Shown here: positions 13,583 to 21,297 of the stretch, one piece after another
How the letters are laid out: each line of letters starts with the position of its first letter
How positions within the stretch are numbered: position 1 is the first letter of the stretch
Notes under the pieces: model-generated
Databases searched by the model: none
Told to the model about the DNA's origin: nothing
Seen by the model: only the letters and a program-made list of their open reading frames with translations
Program-made: the position numbers and the translations under genes
DNA from: Clostridia bacterium
GTDB taxonomy: Bacteria; Bacillota; Clostridia; Oscillospirales; CAG-272
Length of the DNA stretch: 64,000 bases
Reading direction: 5' to 3'
Assembly (NCBI GenBank): GCA_017407225.1
Contig: JAFQWY010000044.1
Coordinates: 25-64,024, forward strand

Positions 13583-15433
13583 ATGAAACACAGCAATCAG
13601 AGAATCACCGCAGGTCTTCTCGCAGCCGCAGCGGCTCTGGGAACTCTCACCTCCTGCGGCAGTGACGGCAATTGGATCGAAACCGACGGAGAACCCGCAT
13701 CCATCGTCCACGAAGGGGAAACCGCATCGGAAACCCGGGAGGCTGATATGGAAAACACTGCTCCTGCCGCGGATTTCCCGTGGGAAGAAAGCAAGCACAG
13801 GCTGCAGTTTGACGAAAACGGCGAATTCAAAATTCTGGTACTCTCCGATATCCACATAAACGGCACCATGTCCTCTCTGGCAGAGCAGAACATGAAGGTC
13901 CTTGTGGAGCGGGAACAGCCGGATCTGGTCATGTTCGACGGCGACAACACCTGGGGACTGACCACGGAAGCGGCCGTGAAGAAGGCGGTGGAATCCATGG
14001 TGGATCTTCTGGAAGAAAAGAAGATTCCGTGGGGACACGTATACGGCAACCACGACTGCGAAGGAAGCAATCTGAAAAAGGAAAAACAGCAGAAAATCTA
14101 CGAATCCTTTGACTACTGCGTTTCCCGGGCAGGTCCCGAAGAGCTGTACGGTCAGGGCAATTACGTTCTGCCGGTTTACGGCTCCGACGGCGATAAGGTT
14201 CTCTTCAACGTGTGGGCACTGGACTCCGGCGAGTACCTGACCTCAGCGGAAAAGGCGGCATACCTCCCCATCGGCGGTACCTTCCAGGGATATACGAACA
14301 GCTCCTACGCCTACATTCAGCCCAGCCAGATCCGGTGGTACATGGATACCTCCGAGAAAATGGAGGCGTACAACGGGGATGTGGTGCCCGGCGTCATGTT
14401 CTTCCACATTCCCCTGCAGGAATTCTACAATGCATGGGTGAACCGGGACGCACTGAACTATACCGGTGAAAGACGGGAAGTGGTATGCGCGTCCGAAGTC
14501 AACTCCGGGCTGTACACCGCGATGGTGGAACGGGGCGACATCAAGGCTGTCACCAGCGGACACGACCACCGCAACGACTACATGGTGGAATACGGCGGCA
14601 TCAAGCTCTGCTACTGCTCCACCATCAGCGAAACCGGCTACTGCGACTACGATATGTTCGGCGGACGGGTATTCGTTGTCAAAGAAAGCGATCCCTCCGA
14701 CGTTCAGACCTATATGAGCTACGTGGATGAAGCAAAAATGGGCATGGAAAAGGCTGTCATTGATGCGGATCCCATTCCCGAAGGCGTGGTTCTGAATTTC
14801 GATTCCTATACGCCCGGGTTTGAGAAGACCGGGTGGCCCAACGATACCTCCGCGGCCGCTCAGGTGGATCAGATCATCGCGGAAATCGCCGAAGACCGCG
14901 GTCTTGACGGTACAAAGGCTCTCGCCGTATCCCGGAAGAATTTCGGCTCCGGCAACAACGCAAACAACACGGAAATCCGGATCACGCTGGAAACTCCCGG
15001 TCTGCTGGGGGACAACAAGTACATCCGCCTGTGGATGGATCTGACGGGCGACAGCACTGCGGTTGACTTCCGGAAAGCGTGCTTCGGGCTGATTGAAAAC
15101 AACAACACCGCTCTGCACTACAGCACCGACGAAAAAGACACACCTACTCCCTTCTGGTACCTCCCGGACGGGGAAACCGAATGGAAGAAGATGAGCCACG
15201 GCGGCGACGGATGCTTCGGCGAACAGCAGGACTCCTCTGTGAAGGGGCTGAAGGGCTGGTTCGCGTTCCCCGTTGAAAATATGCTGAAGTACGGTGCCCT
15301 GACAGAGCTGGATGAAAACTCCTATATCACCCATGTGTATATGTACTACTGCCTTGCATCCGCGAACATGAAGAACAACCGCGTCTACATCGACGATATC
15401 TCGCTGGTGAAGGACTACAAGGTGTTTGACTGA
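13583..15433 (+). CDS. Calcineurin-like metallophosphoesterase lipoprotein with a C-terminal extension
   Basis: Lipobox LTSCGS. The motifs LSDIHING, FDGDN, GNHD, FFHIPL and GHDHRND are the canonical metallophosphoesterase signature. Confidence 0.8.
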   Translation: MKHSNQRITAGLLAAAAALGTLTSCGSDGNWIETDGEPASIVHEGETASETREADMENTAPAADFPWEESKHRLQFDENGEFKILVLSDIHINGTMSSLAEQNMKVLVEREQPDLVMFDGDNTWGLTTEAAVKKAVESMVDLLEEKKIPWGHVYGNHDCEGSNLKKEKQQKIYESFDYCVSRAGPEELYGQGNYVLPVYGSDGDKVLFNVWALDSGEYLTSAEKAAYLPIGGTFQGYTNSSYAYIQPSQIRWYMDTSEKMEAYNGDVVPGVMFFHIPLQEFYNAWVNRDALNYTGERREVVCASEVNSGLYTAMVERGDIKAVTSGHDHRNDYMVEYGGIKLCYCSTISETGYCDYDMFGGRVFVVKESDPSDVQTYMSYVDEAKMGMEKAVIDADPIPEGVVLNFDSYTPGFEKTGWPNDTSAAAQVDQIIAEIAEDRGLDGTKALAVSRKNFGSGNNANNTEIRITLETPGLLGDNKYIRLWMDLTGDSTAVDFRKACFGLIENNNTALHYSTDEKDTPTPFWYLPDGETEWKKMSHGGDGCFGEQQDSSVKGLKGWFAFPVENMLKYGALTELDENSYITHVYMYYCLASANMKNNRVYIDDISLVKDYKVFD

Positions 15434-15460
15434 GCGGAACTGTGTAAATAACAGCAGCAG

Positions 15461-15498
15461 AAAACCTCCTCTGCATGATGAGTGCGGCAGGAGGTTTT
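15461..15498. terminator. Hairpin between convergent genes
   Basis: AAAACCTCCT (15461-15470) pairs with AGGAGGTTTT (15489-15498), with an 18-nt loop. Confidence 0.5.
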
Positions 15499-15520
15499 GT
15501 CGTGTTATGGGGGGGAGGGT

Positions 15521-16768
15521 TCAGTCCGCGGTGTTTCCGTTTGCGTCAACCCACTTCTTATTTGCCGGATCCACGCAGATCAGGAGCTTGTTCATGTCGG
15601 TGTCGAAGACCTGCTGCATATAGGTGGGGTAATAGCTGAGTCGTTCTTTGGTACCGCAGGCGGGCTTGTGAGTCAGATTCCGGGTACGGATTCCCACGCC
15701 GGATCCGTCGTTTTCCCAGAGCTGCGCCGTGGGATCGTTGAGGTGATGCCATGCAGGCTGGAGGGTGAAGTCAATGTTTCCGCGCCATGTGCCGGGATGA
15801 ACCTCACGCATACAGTCGCCGAGCACGCCGCCGGGGGACTGTTCCGCGATCCGCTCCATGTTGAAGCTGATCATGGTGACTTCCTGCATCCCCTGCATTC
15901 TCGTGTTCGTTCCCTTGATGCTGTCGCCGCAGCTGTTGAAGAGGGGGAGGCACACATTGCGCTCGTCCATGCAGTTGATGAGGGTGATTGGGTGATTTGC
16001 ACCGCAGCTGATGCCGTAGTTGCCGAAGGTGTATCCGTAGTAGCACATGACGGCGTTGCAGTTGATGAGAACCACATGCTCGCCGCTGATCTGGATGCCC
16101 TCGTAGAAGCCGCAGGCACCCACGTCTGTGAAGTTGGCGTAGCTGTTGTTGCTTCCGTCGGTGGCGGTGAGACCGATGCATCCTTTGGCGGGGATGGTCG
16201 GCGGTTTGCCGAAGCCTGCGTTCATTTCGCGGATGGCGCTGAGCTTGAAGTTTTTCACCTCGATGCGGTCACAGCGGCGCAGATCCACGCAGCGGATGGG
16301 CTTTTTGTTGTGGGAGAGTGAGATGCGGATGTTTTCCAGCACCAGTGCGGATCCGGCGGAAATGCCCTTCGGGAGCCATGTGGTACGGATCACGTCCGGG
16401 GGATTTTTTGAGGGATCGTTTGCGTTGGCGTCGTATTCCCGGTCTTCGATGGTGTCGAGAGCGGCGCGGCTGACGTAGAACTGAACGCTGTCGGAACCGC
16501 TGTATGCGGAATTCTGCCCCTTGAAGATGTACTCCCGGCGGTTATTGGGGAAGCACAGTGCGGCAAGGGGGCCTCCGTCGCCGAAATCGTGGAATCCGTC
16601 GATGCGGTAGATGCCGTTTGCGAGGAGGATGTTTTTGTTCTCTTTGGCGGCTTTGTCGATGGCCTGCTGGATGGTGATTTCGTCGTGGCTGCCGGTGCAG
16701 ATGAAATCCGCGGCGTATCTGAGTTCGTCCGATGCCGTGGACGGGACTACGAAGATGTCGGTAAGCAT
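15521..16768 (-). CDS. Right-handed beta-helix (pectate-lyase-superfamily-like) protein, no signal peptide
   Basis: The N-terminal DEITIQQAIDKAAKENKNILLANGIYRI resembles the Pectate_lyase_3 entry motif. Repetitive Cys/Asn-rich turns follow. The product call is tentative. Confidence 0.55.
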   Translation of the reverse strand: MLTDIFVVPSTASDELRYAADFICTGSHDEITIQQAIDKAAKENKNILLANGIYRIDGFHDFGDGGPLAALCFPNNRREYIFKGQNSAYSGSDSVQFYVSRAALDTIEDREYDANANDPSKNPPDVIRTTWLPKGISAGSALVLENIRISLSHNKKPIRCVDLRRCDRIEVKNFKLSAIREMNAGFGKPPTIPAKGCIGLTATDGSNNSYANFTDVGACGFYEGIQISGEHVVLINCNAVMCYYGYTFGNYGISCGANHPITLINCMDERNVCLPLFNSCGDSIKGTNTRMQGMQEVTMISFNMERIAEQSPGGVLGDCMREVHPGTWRGNIDFTLQPAWHHLNDPTAQLWENDGSGVGIRTRNLTHKPACGTKERLSYYPTYMQQVFDTDMNKLLICVDPANKKWVDANGNTAD

Positions 16769-16852
16769 GGTGGGCGGTGTCCTTTCTTTTGTTTTTTTGT
16801 CAGCGGGCTGACGGGGAGTTTTTGCTGAACTTCCCGTTCGAGGGATATTGTA

Positions 16853-17115
16853 GAAAATGCATTCGCATTTTCAGATTTTATTACTCCACTGCGCGTGGGG
16901 CGCACAAAGGATCTCCGTTGCCGATCCTTTGTGAATTCCTGCAACTCAAACGAACCTGCGGTTCTTTTGAGAATTTCTCCCTTTGCCTGCGGCGCGTACC
17001 GCTGCGGCTTTGAATTATGCTGAACGCAATACGGTTCGGATAGGCTGTGATTCCTCTTAGGTTTCAGCCTGCGGCGGCGAGACGAAGTCGTTTCGGGCAC
17101 TGACAGCGGGACGTA
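16853..17115 (+). repeat. Copy B of the structured intergenic repeat family
   Basis: It aligns by hand to the reverse complement of 6860-7012 and to 6436-6720. It has hairpins GAAAATGC/GCATTTTC (16853-16872) and CACAAAGGATC/GATCCTTTGTG (16903-16933), and the conserved CTCCACTGCGCGTGGGGCG. Confidence 0.8.
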
Positions 17116-17124
17116 CAGTTCAGA

Positions 17125-17159
17125 TATTATCTATTCTCTATTCTTTCTTATCTCTTATC
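17125..17159 (-). repeat. Purine-rich heptad array (GATAAGA GATAAGA AAGAATA GAGAATA GATAATA on the minus strand)
   Basis: Five contiguous 7-nt units. Near-identical arrays lie at 61843-61877 and 55934-55968, and a degenerate one at 24664-24705. Confidence 0.85.
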
Positions 17160-17178
17160 GCAGGCGAAGCCGCTTCGT

Positions 17179-18228
17179 TTACTCACACTTTTCACGGAAC
17201 GCTGTCCATGCGTCAAGGTGCGCCTGATCCGCTTCTGCGGTGATGTTGCCGATCATTTCCATGCGGTCGGAGGTGAATTCGGTGGGCAGGGTGAGGAAGG
17301 GGCGGTATTCTTCGCTGATATAGGGTTCGGATGCGCTGGCGGTGCAGTAGTAGCCGAGATATTCGTAGCATTTTGCTCCGCGCTGGGGATCCAGGATGAA
17401 TTCGATGAACTTATGGGCCGCATCCGCATTGGGGGCTTTCGAGGGGATGAACATTCCCATGATGCCGAAGCCGATGCCTTCTTCAGGGAACACCACTTCA
17501 AGGGAGGGATCGGTCATCTTCGCCATGGTCACCTGGGAGGTATAGATCACGGCGGCGTCGATTTCTCCGGCAAGGAGGTCGTCCTGGGTATTGTCGTCCT
17601 TGATGAGACGGATATTGGGAGCCAGAGCGGTCAGATGTTCGCCGGCAGCTTTGATGGTGTCCACATCGGTGGTGTTGTAGCTTTCGCCCATGACCTTCAG
17701 TGCCATGCCGTTGATCACACGGTAGTTGGAGATGATGCCAACCTTGTCAGCCAGAGCGGGATTCCACAGGTCTGCGTAGCCGTTAATTTCAATGTCAATC
17801 TTTGCGGGGTTGTACACAATGGTCTGAACGCCCGCGCCGTAGGGGATGGTGTATTCGTCGGTGGGATCGAAGAACTGACCCTGATACAGGGGATTCACGT
17901 TGCCGTGGGAGGGGATTTTCGCCTTGTCCAGCTTCTGTGCCAGACCTTCGGCGATAACGGTTTCGATGATGTAGTCGTCGGCGATGATGAGGTCATAGGT
18001 GCCGCCTTCTTCCGCCTGCAGCTTGGCAAGCATGGTTTCGCCGTAGTCGTAGTTGACGTAATTGATGCGGATGCCGGTTTCGGCTTCAAAATCGGCGAGG
18101 ACTTCGTCGGGGAACATTCCCGCCCATGTGTAGAGGTTGAGTACCTCACCGGATCCGGATGTGCAGGACACCAGTGCGGGCAGGATGAGGATGAGCGCGA
18201 GAACGAGGGTGAAAATACGCTTTTTCAT
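17179..18228 (-). CDS. potD: Spermidine/putrescine ABC transporter substrate-binding lipoprotein
   Basis: Lipobox LVSCTS. LNLYTWAGMFPDEVLADFEAETGIRINY is typical of PotD/PotF. It is the last gene of a potABCD-ordered operon. Confidence 0.85.
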   Translation of the reverse strand: MKKRIFTLVLALILILPALVSCTSGSGEVLNLYTWAGMFPDEVLADFEAETGIRINYVNYDYGETMLAKLQAEEGGTYDLIIADDYIIETVIAEGLAQKLDKAKIPSHGNVNPLYQGQFFDPTDEYTIPYGAGVQTIVYNPAKIDIEINGYADLWNPALADKVGIISNYRVINGMALKVMGESYNTTDVDTIKAAGEHLTALAPNIRLIKDDNTQDDLLAGEIDAAVIYTSQVTMAKMTDPSLEVVFPEEGIGFGIMGMFIPSKAPNADAAHKFIEFILDPQRGAKCYEYLGYYCTASASEPYISEEYRPFLTLPTEFTSDRMEMIGNITAEADQAHLDAWTAFREKCE

Positions 18229-18263
18229 GTGGTTTTGCCTCCTTTGGGATTATGGTGAAGATT

Positions 18264-19034
18264 TTATTTTCTTTTTGAAAGACTCCGCGCCAGTGCGGCG
18301 AGAAGGTAGCACAGGACCGTCACAGCCAGCATCACGGTGCAGAGGGCGTTGATTTCCGGTGTGACCCCGGTTTTCAGTGCGGTGTACACCCGGATGGGGA
18401 GGGTATTGACGGACACGCCGGTGACGAAAATGGAGATGATTACGTCGTCGAAGCTCATGGCGAAGGAGAGGAACATCCCGGACAGAATCGCCGGTGCGAG
18501 GAGGGGGAGGGTCACTGTGAAGAACGCCTGGGGACCGTTTGCTCCCAGATCCCGCGCCGCTTCGGTGAAGCCTTCCTCAAGAACCGCCAGCCGCGCCTTC
18601 ACCTGCATATAAATGTACGGTACGCAGAAGGCGGTGTGGGCGATGACGAGGGTTACCATGCCGAAGGGGAGTCCCAGCAGGGAGAAAAACGACAGAAATA
18701 CCATGCCCAGCACGATCTCCGGGATGATGAGGGGAGCCAGCGCCACTTTTTCGGCGGCATTTTTCAGAGGGAGTGAGGCTTTTTTCATGCCCAGTGCCGC
18801 GGATGTTGCCAGGACTGCCGCGAAAATGGAGGACAGGGCACCGAGAATCAGGGAGTTGACGAGGGCGTTCATGATGTCCCGGTCGCGGGCAAGCTCACGG
18901 TACCATTTCAGGGAGAATCCGCCCCACTGGGAGGACAGCCGGCTTTCGTTGAAGGAGTAAATCACCACCACCGCGATGGGAAGGTAGGTGAGAATCGTCA
19001 TGATAAGAGGATAAACGCGAAATTTCCGTTTCAT
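18264..19034 (-). CDS. potC: Spermidine/putrescine ABC transporter permease
   Basis: A 256-aa multi-pass membrane protein with an EAA-like loop (EAARDLGANGPQAFFTVTLPL) and the expected operon position. Confidence 0.85.
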   Translation of the reverse strand: MKRKFRVYPLIMTILTYLPIAVVVIYSFNESRLSSQWGGFSLKWYRELARDRDIMNALVNSLILGALSSIFAAVLATSAALGMKKASLPLKNAAEKVALAPLIIPEIVLGMVFLSFFSLLGLPFGMVTLVIAHTAFCVPYIYMQVKARLAVLEEGFTEAARDLGANGPQAFFTVTLPLLAPAILSGMFLSFAMSFDDVIISIFVTGVSVNTLPIRVYTALKTGVTPEINALCTVMLAVTVLCYLLAALARSLSKRK

Positions 19035-19074
19035 ATCAGCTCAGTTTATTATGCATAAATTATACATTCCGTAT

Positions 19075-19914
19075 TCATCTTTCGTGCTTCGCTTTCTTCA
19101 TCAGAATCAGGCATACCGCGCCGGTGAGAAGCATCAGAACCACCGACAGAGCCGCCGCCATGGGCTGATTGTGGGCCTTCATCAGCAGCTCTTCGATGAG
19201 GGATCCCACAAGGACGATCTTGCTGCCGCCCAGAATCTGCGCGATGAAGAACAGCCCCATGGACGGGATGAAGGTGAGGATCACGCCGGTTTTCAGACCC
19301 GGTGCGGTCAGGGGAAGGATCACGGTAAAGAAGGCTTTCAGATGGGAAGCACCCAGATCCCGCGCCGCCTCCACGAGGGAGAGATCCAGCTTTTCGGACA
19401 CCTGATAAACAGAGGTGAACATGAAGGGCAGAAGGACATACACCATGCCCACCACCACGGCGGGATAAGTATAGAGGAGCTTCAGCGGCTCTTCCGTGAT
19501 GCCGAGCCCCATGAGAACCTTGTCCAGAAGCCCGTTTGCCCGGAAAATGATGATCCAGCCGTAGAGCCTCAGCAGGGAGTTGACCCAGTAGGGGATCATC
19601 TGGGCGGACACATAGAACCGGCGGAATTTATCGGGGGAAAGTGCCGCCGTCAGCCCGAAGGGGTAGCCCAGCAGGATCACCAGTGCCGTAGACAGACCGG
19701 CAAGTCCCAGGGAGGTTTTGAATACGTTCCAGTACTGCTCCGTGAACAGGGCGGCGTAGTTCTCCCAGGTGAAGGAGAAGGCGTATCCCCATCCGTCCTG
19801 CGTGAGGAAGGATAGAAGGAGCATCATGATAAGGGGGCCGCCCACGAATACCAGCGTGAACAGGTACATGGGCAGGAGTGCGGCGGTGGAGAAAATGCGG
19901 TTTCGTTTCTGCAT
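19075..19914 (-). CDS. potB: Spermidine/putrescine ABC transporter permease
   Basis: A 279-aa protein with the EAA loop EAARDLGASHLKAFFTVILPL and the expected operon position. Confidence 0.85.
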   Translation of the reverse strand: MQKRNRIFSTAALLPMYLFTLVFVGGPLIMMLLLSFLTQDGWGYAFSFTWENYAALFTEQYWNVFKTSLGLAGLSTALVILLGYPFGLTAALSPDKFRRFYVSAQMIPYWVNSLLRLYGWIIIFRANGLLDKVLMGLGITEEPLKLLYTYPAVVVGMVYVLLPFMFTSVYQVSEKLDLSLVEAARDLGASHLKAFFTVILPLTAPGLKTGVILTFIPSMGLFFIAQILGGSKIVLVGSLIEELLMKAHNQPMAAALSVVLMLLTGAVCLILMKKAKHER

Positions 19915-19959
19915 AAACAGCTCCGGTTCCTGTAAGATTATGCGGTAAATGCTGAAAAT

Positions 19960-21009
19960 TTATGCGCGGCAGAGGATCCCGGCCAGTTCGGGAATCACGA
20001 TCGGGACGGTGCCGCCGGTTTTTACCGAGGTGTCCAGACCGTAGCGGAGTGCGGTGAGGGTGGTGCCCTCGTGTTCCGCCGTGATCCGCATGATGCCGCC
20101 GGCGAAGTTCACGTCCGTGATCCGGCAGGGGATGCCTCCCTCCGCAATGGCGAGCTTTTCGCCCCGTACAGCGGCTGTGACACTGTCTCCCGGATTGTAC
20201 TCCGCTTTGCCCGGGCGCATAGTCAGTTCCCGTCCGGCGAAGGAAACCACGGCACCGTCACCCGCATACCGCAGGAAGGTGCAGGGCAGGATGTTGGCGC
20301 CGCCCACGAATTTCGCGGTGTAGACCGATTCCGGTTCGTCGTAGATTTCGGCGGGAGACCCCATCTGCAGGAATTTCCCGTCCTTCATGACAGCCACCCG
20401 GTCGGACATATTCAGGGCTTCCTCCTGATCGTGGGTGATGTACACGAAGGTGATGCCCAGCTGCTGCTGGATCCGCTTCAGCTCCGTCTGCATGGCGCGG
20501 CGCAGATTCAGATCCAGTGCCCCCAGCGGCTCATCCAGAAGAAGCACCTCCGGCTGACCCACCACGGCACGGGCAATGGCGATTCTCTGACGCTGACCGC
20601 CTGAGAGGGCGTGGGGATAGCGGGAGCCGTAGCCTTCCATCTGCACCAGGGAGAGAGCGTCGTCCACACGTTTTTTTACTTCATCTTTCGGAACCCCGGC
20701 AATTTTCAGGGGATAGGCGATATTTGCGGCCGCGTTCATGTGAGGAAAGAGGGCGTAATTCTGGAAAACGGTGTTGACGGAGCGCAGATTGGGCGGCAGA
20801 GCGGTCACATCCTTCCCGTTCAGATGAACAACGCCTTCGTCAGGATCCTCCAGACCGCTGATGATCCGCAGAAGGGTGGTTTTGCCGCATCCGGACGAGC
20901 CGAGAATGGTGAGAAATTCCCCCTTTGCAACGGTGAAGGAAAGGTTCCGGATGACGGAGGTTTCGCCGAATGATTTGGATATATTTTCAAGGTTAAGGAT
21001 ATCTGACAC
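19960..21009 (-). CDS. potA: Spermidine/putrescine ABC transporter ATP-binding protein
   Basis: Walker A GSSGCGKTT, signature LSGGQRQR and Walker B LLLDEP are present, plus a C-terminal TOBE-like domain. The start is GTG. Confidence 0.9.
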   Translation of the reverse strand: MSDILNLENISKSFGETSVIRNLSFTVAKGEFLTILGSSGCGKTTLLRIISGLEDPDEGVVHLNGKDVTALPPNLRSVNTVFQNYALFPHMNAAANIAYPLKIAGVPKDEVKKRVDDALSLVQMEGYGSRYPHALSGGQRQRIAIARAVVGQPEVLLLDEPLGALDLNLRRAMQTELKRIQQQLGITFVYITHDQEEALNMSDRVAVMKDGKFLQMGSPAEIYDEPESVYTAKFVGGANILPCTFLRYAGDGAVVSFAGRELTMRPGKAEYNPGDSVTAAVRGEKLAIAEGGIPCRITDVNFAGGIMRITAEHEGTTLTALRYGLDTSVKTGGTVPIVIPELAGILCRA

Positions 21010-21050
21010 GGTAGACTCCGGGTAATATTAAAATTCTTTCTGATAATTTT

Positions 21051-21079
21051 ATAATATCATAGCGGATATAAGATGTCAA
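21051..21079 (-). promoter_or_regulatory. Sigma-A promoter of the pot operon
   Basis: The minus strand reads TTGACA-17 nt-TATTAT with a TGa extended -10. Confidence 0.6.
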
Positions 21080-21203
21080 GTGGATTTTGTCTGAATTTTC
21101 CTGCCCGGAGAACGGTTTTGTACGGATCGGATCCGCCGCCCGGAAAAACTACGCACCACGAAGAATAAATTAACATTTATCATCCTTTGTTCATAAAATC
21201 CCT

Positions 21204-21232
21204 TTGACTTTTCCGGTGAGATGCGATATGAT
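21204..21232 (+). promoter_or_regulatory. Sigma-A promoter of the activase gene
   Basis: TTGACT (21204-21209), 17 nt, TATGAT (21227-21232). Confidence 0.55.
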
Positions 21233-21297
21233 ATAATGTAGCGCAATATGTTGTATCCGCGCGAATTTTGAATTTTTTCCACGGGAGGTCACGAATT

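Noticed and set aside
12056-14053. A 665-aa minus-strand ORF across the SBP lipoprotein and phosphoesterase genes
   Set aside because: It spans two well-supported + strand genes and their intergenic gap, and its composition is shadow-like. The same reasoning applies to these ORFs:
- 180..755(+)
- 2035..2721(+)
- 5017..6591(+)
- 7299..8729(-)
- 14243..15334(-)
- 15482..16321(+)
- 17218..18258(+)
- 19051..19815(+)
- 22138..23628(-)
- 24687..25805(-)
- 25989..26936(-)
- 27058..27843(-)
- 27958..28935(-)
- 28893..29687(-)
- 31358..33343(+)
- 37439..39085(-)
- 39322..40593(-)
- 42645..43445(-)
- 43588..44694(+)
- 44631..45845(+)
- 45673..47298(+)
- 47618..48790(+)
- 49749..51212(+)
- 51127..52413(+)
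- 52410..53930(+)
- 54739..56091(-)
- 56404..58065(-)
- 57944..60337(-)
- 60904..61797(-)
- 62168..63103(-)
21268-21297. Track start (TTG at 21268) for the activase gene
   Set aside because: The GGGAGG RBS lies at 21283-21288, inside that extension. The in-frame TTG at 21298, 9 nt downstream of the RBS, is the more likely start. The same logic was used to trim these ORFs:
- 2973->3186
- 8771..9088->9019
- 9122..9556->9475
- 9901->9937
- 27052->27085
- 27826->27904
- 39208->39226
- 41262->41286
- 54829->54928
- 60886->60919
- 61886->61964
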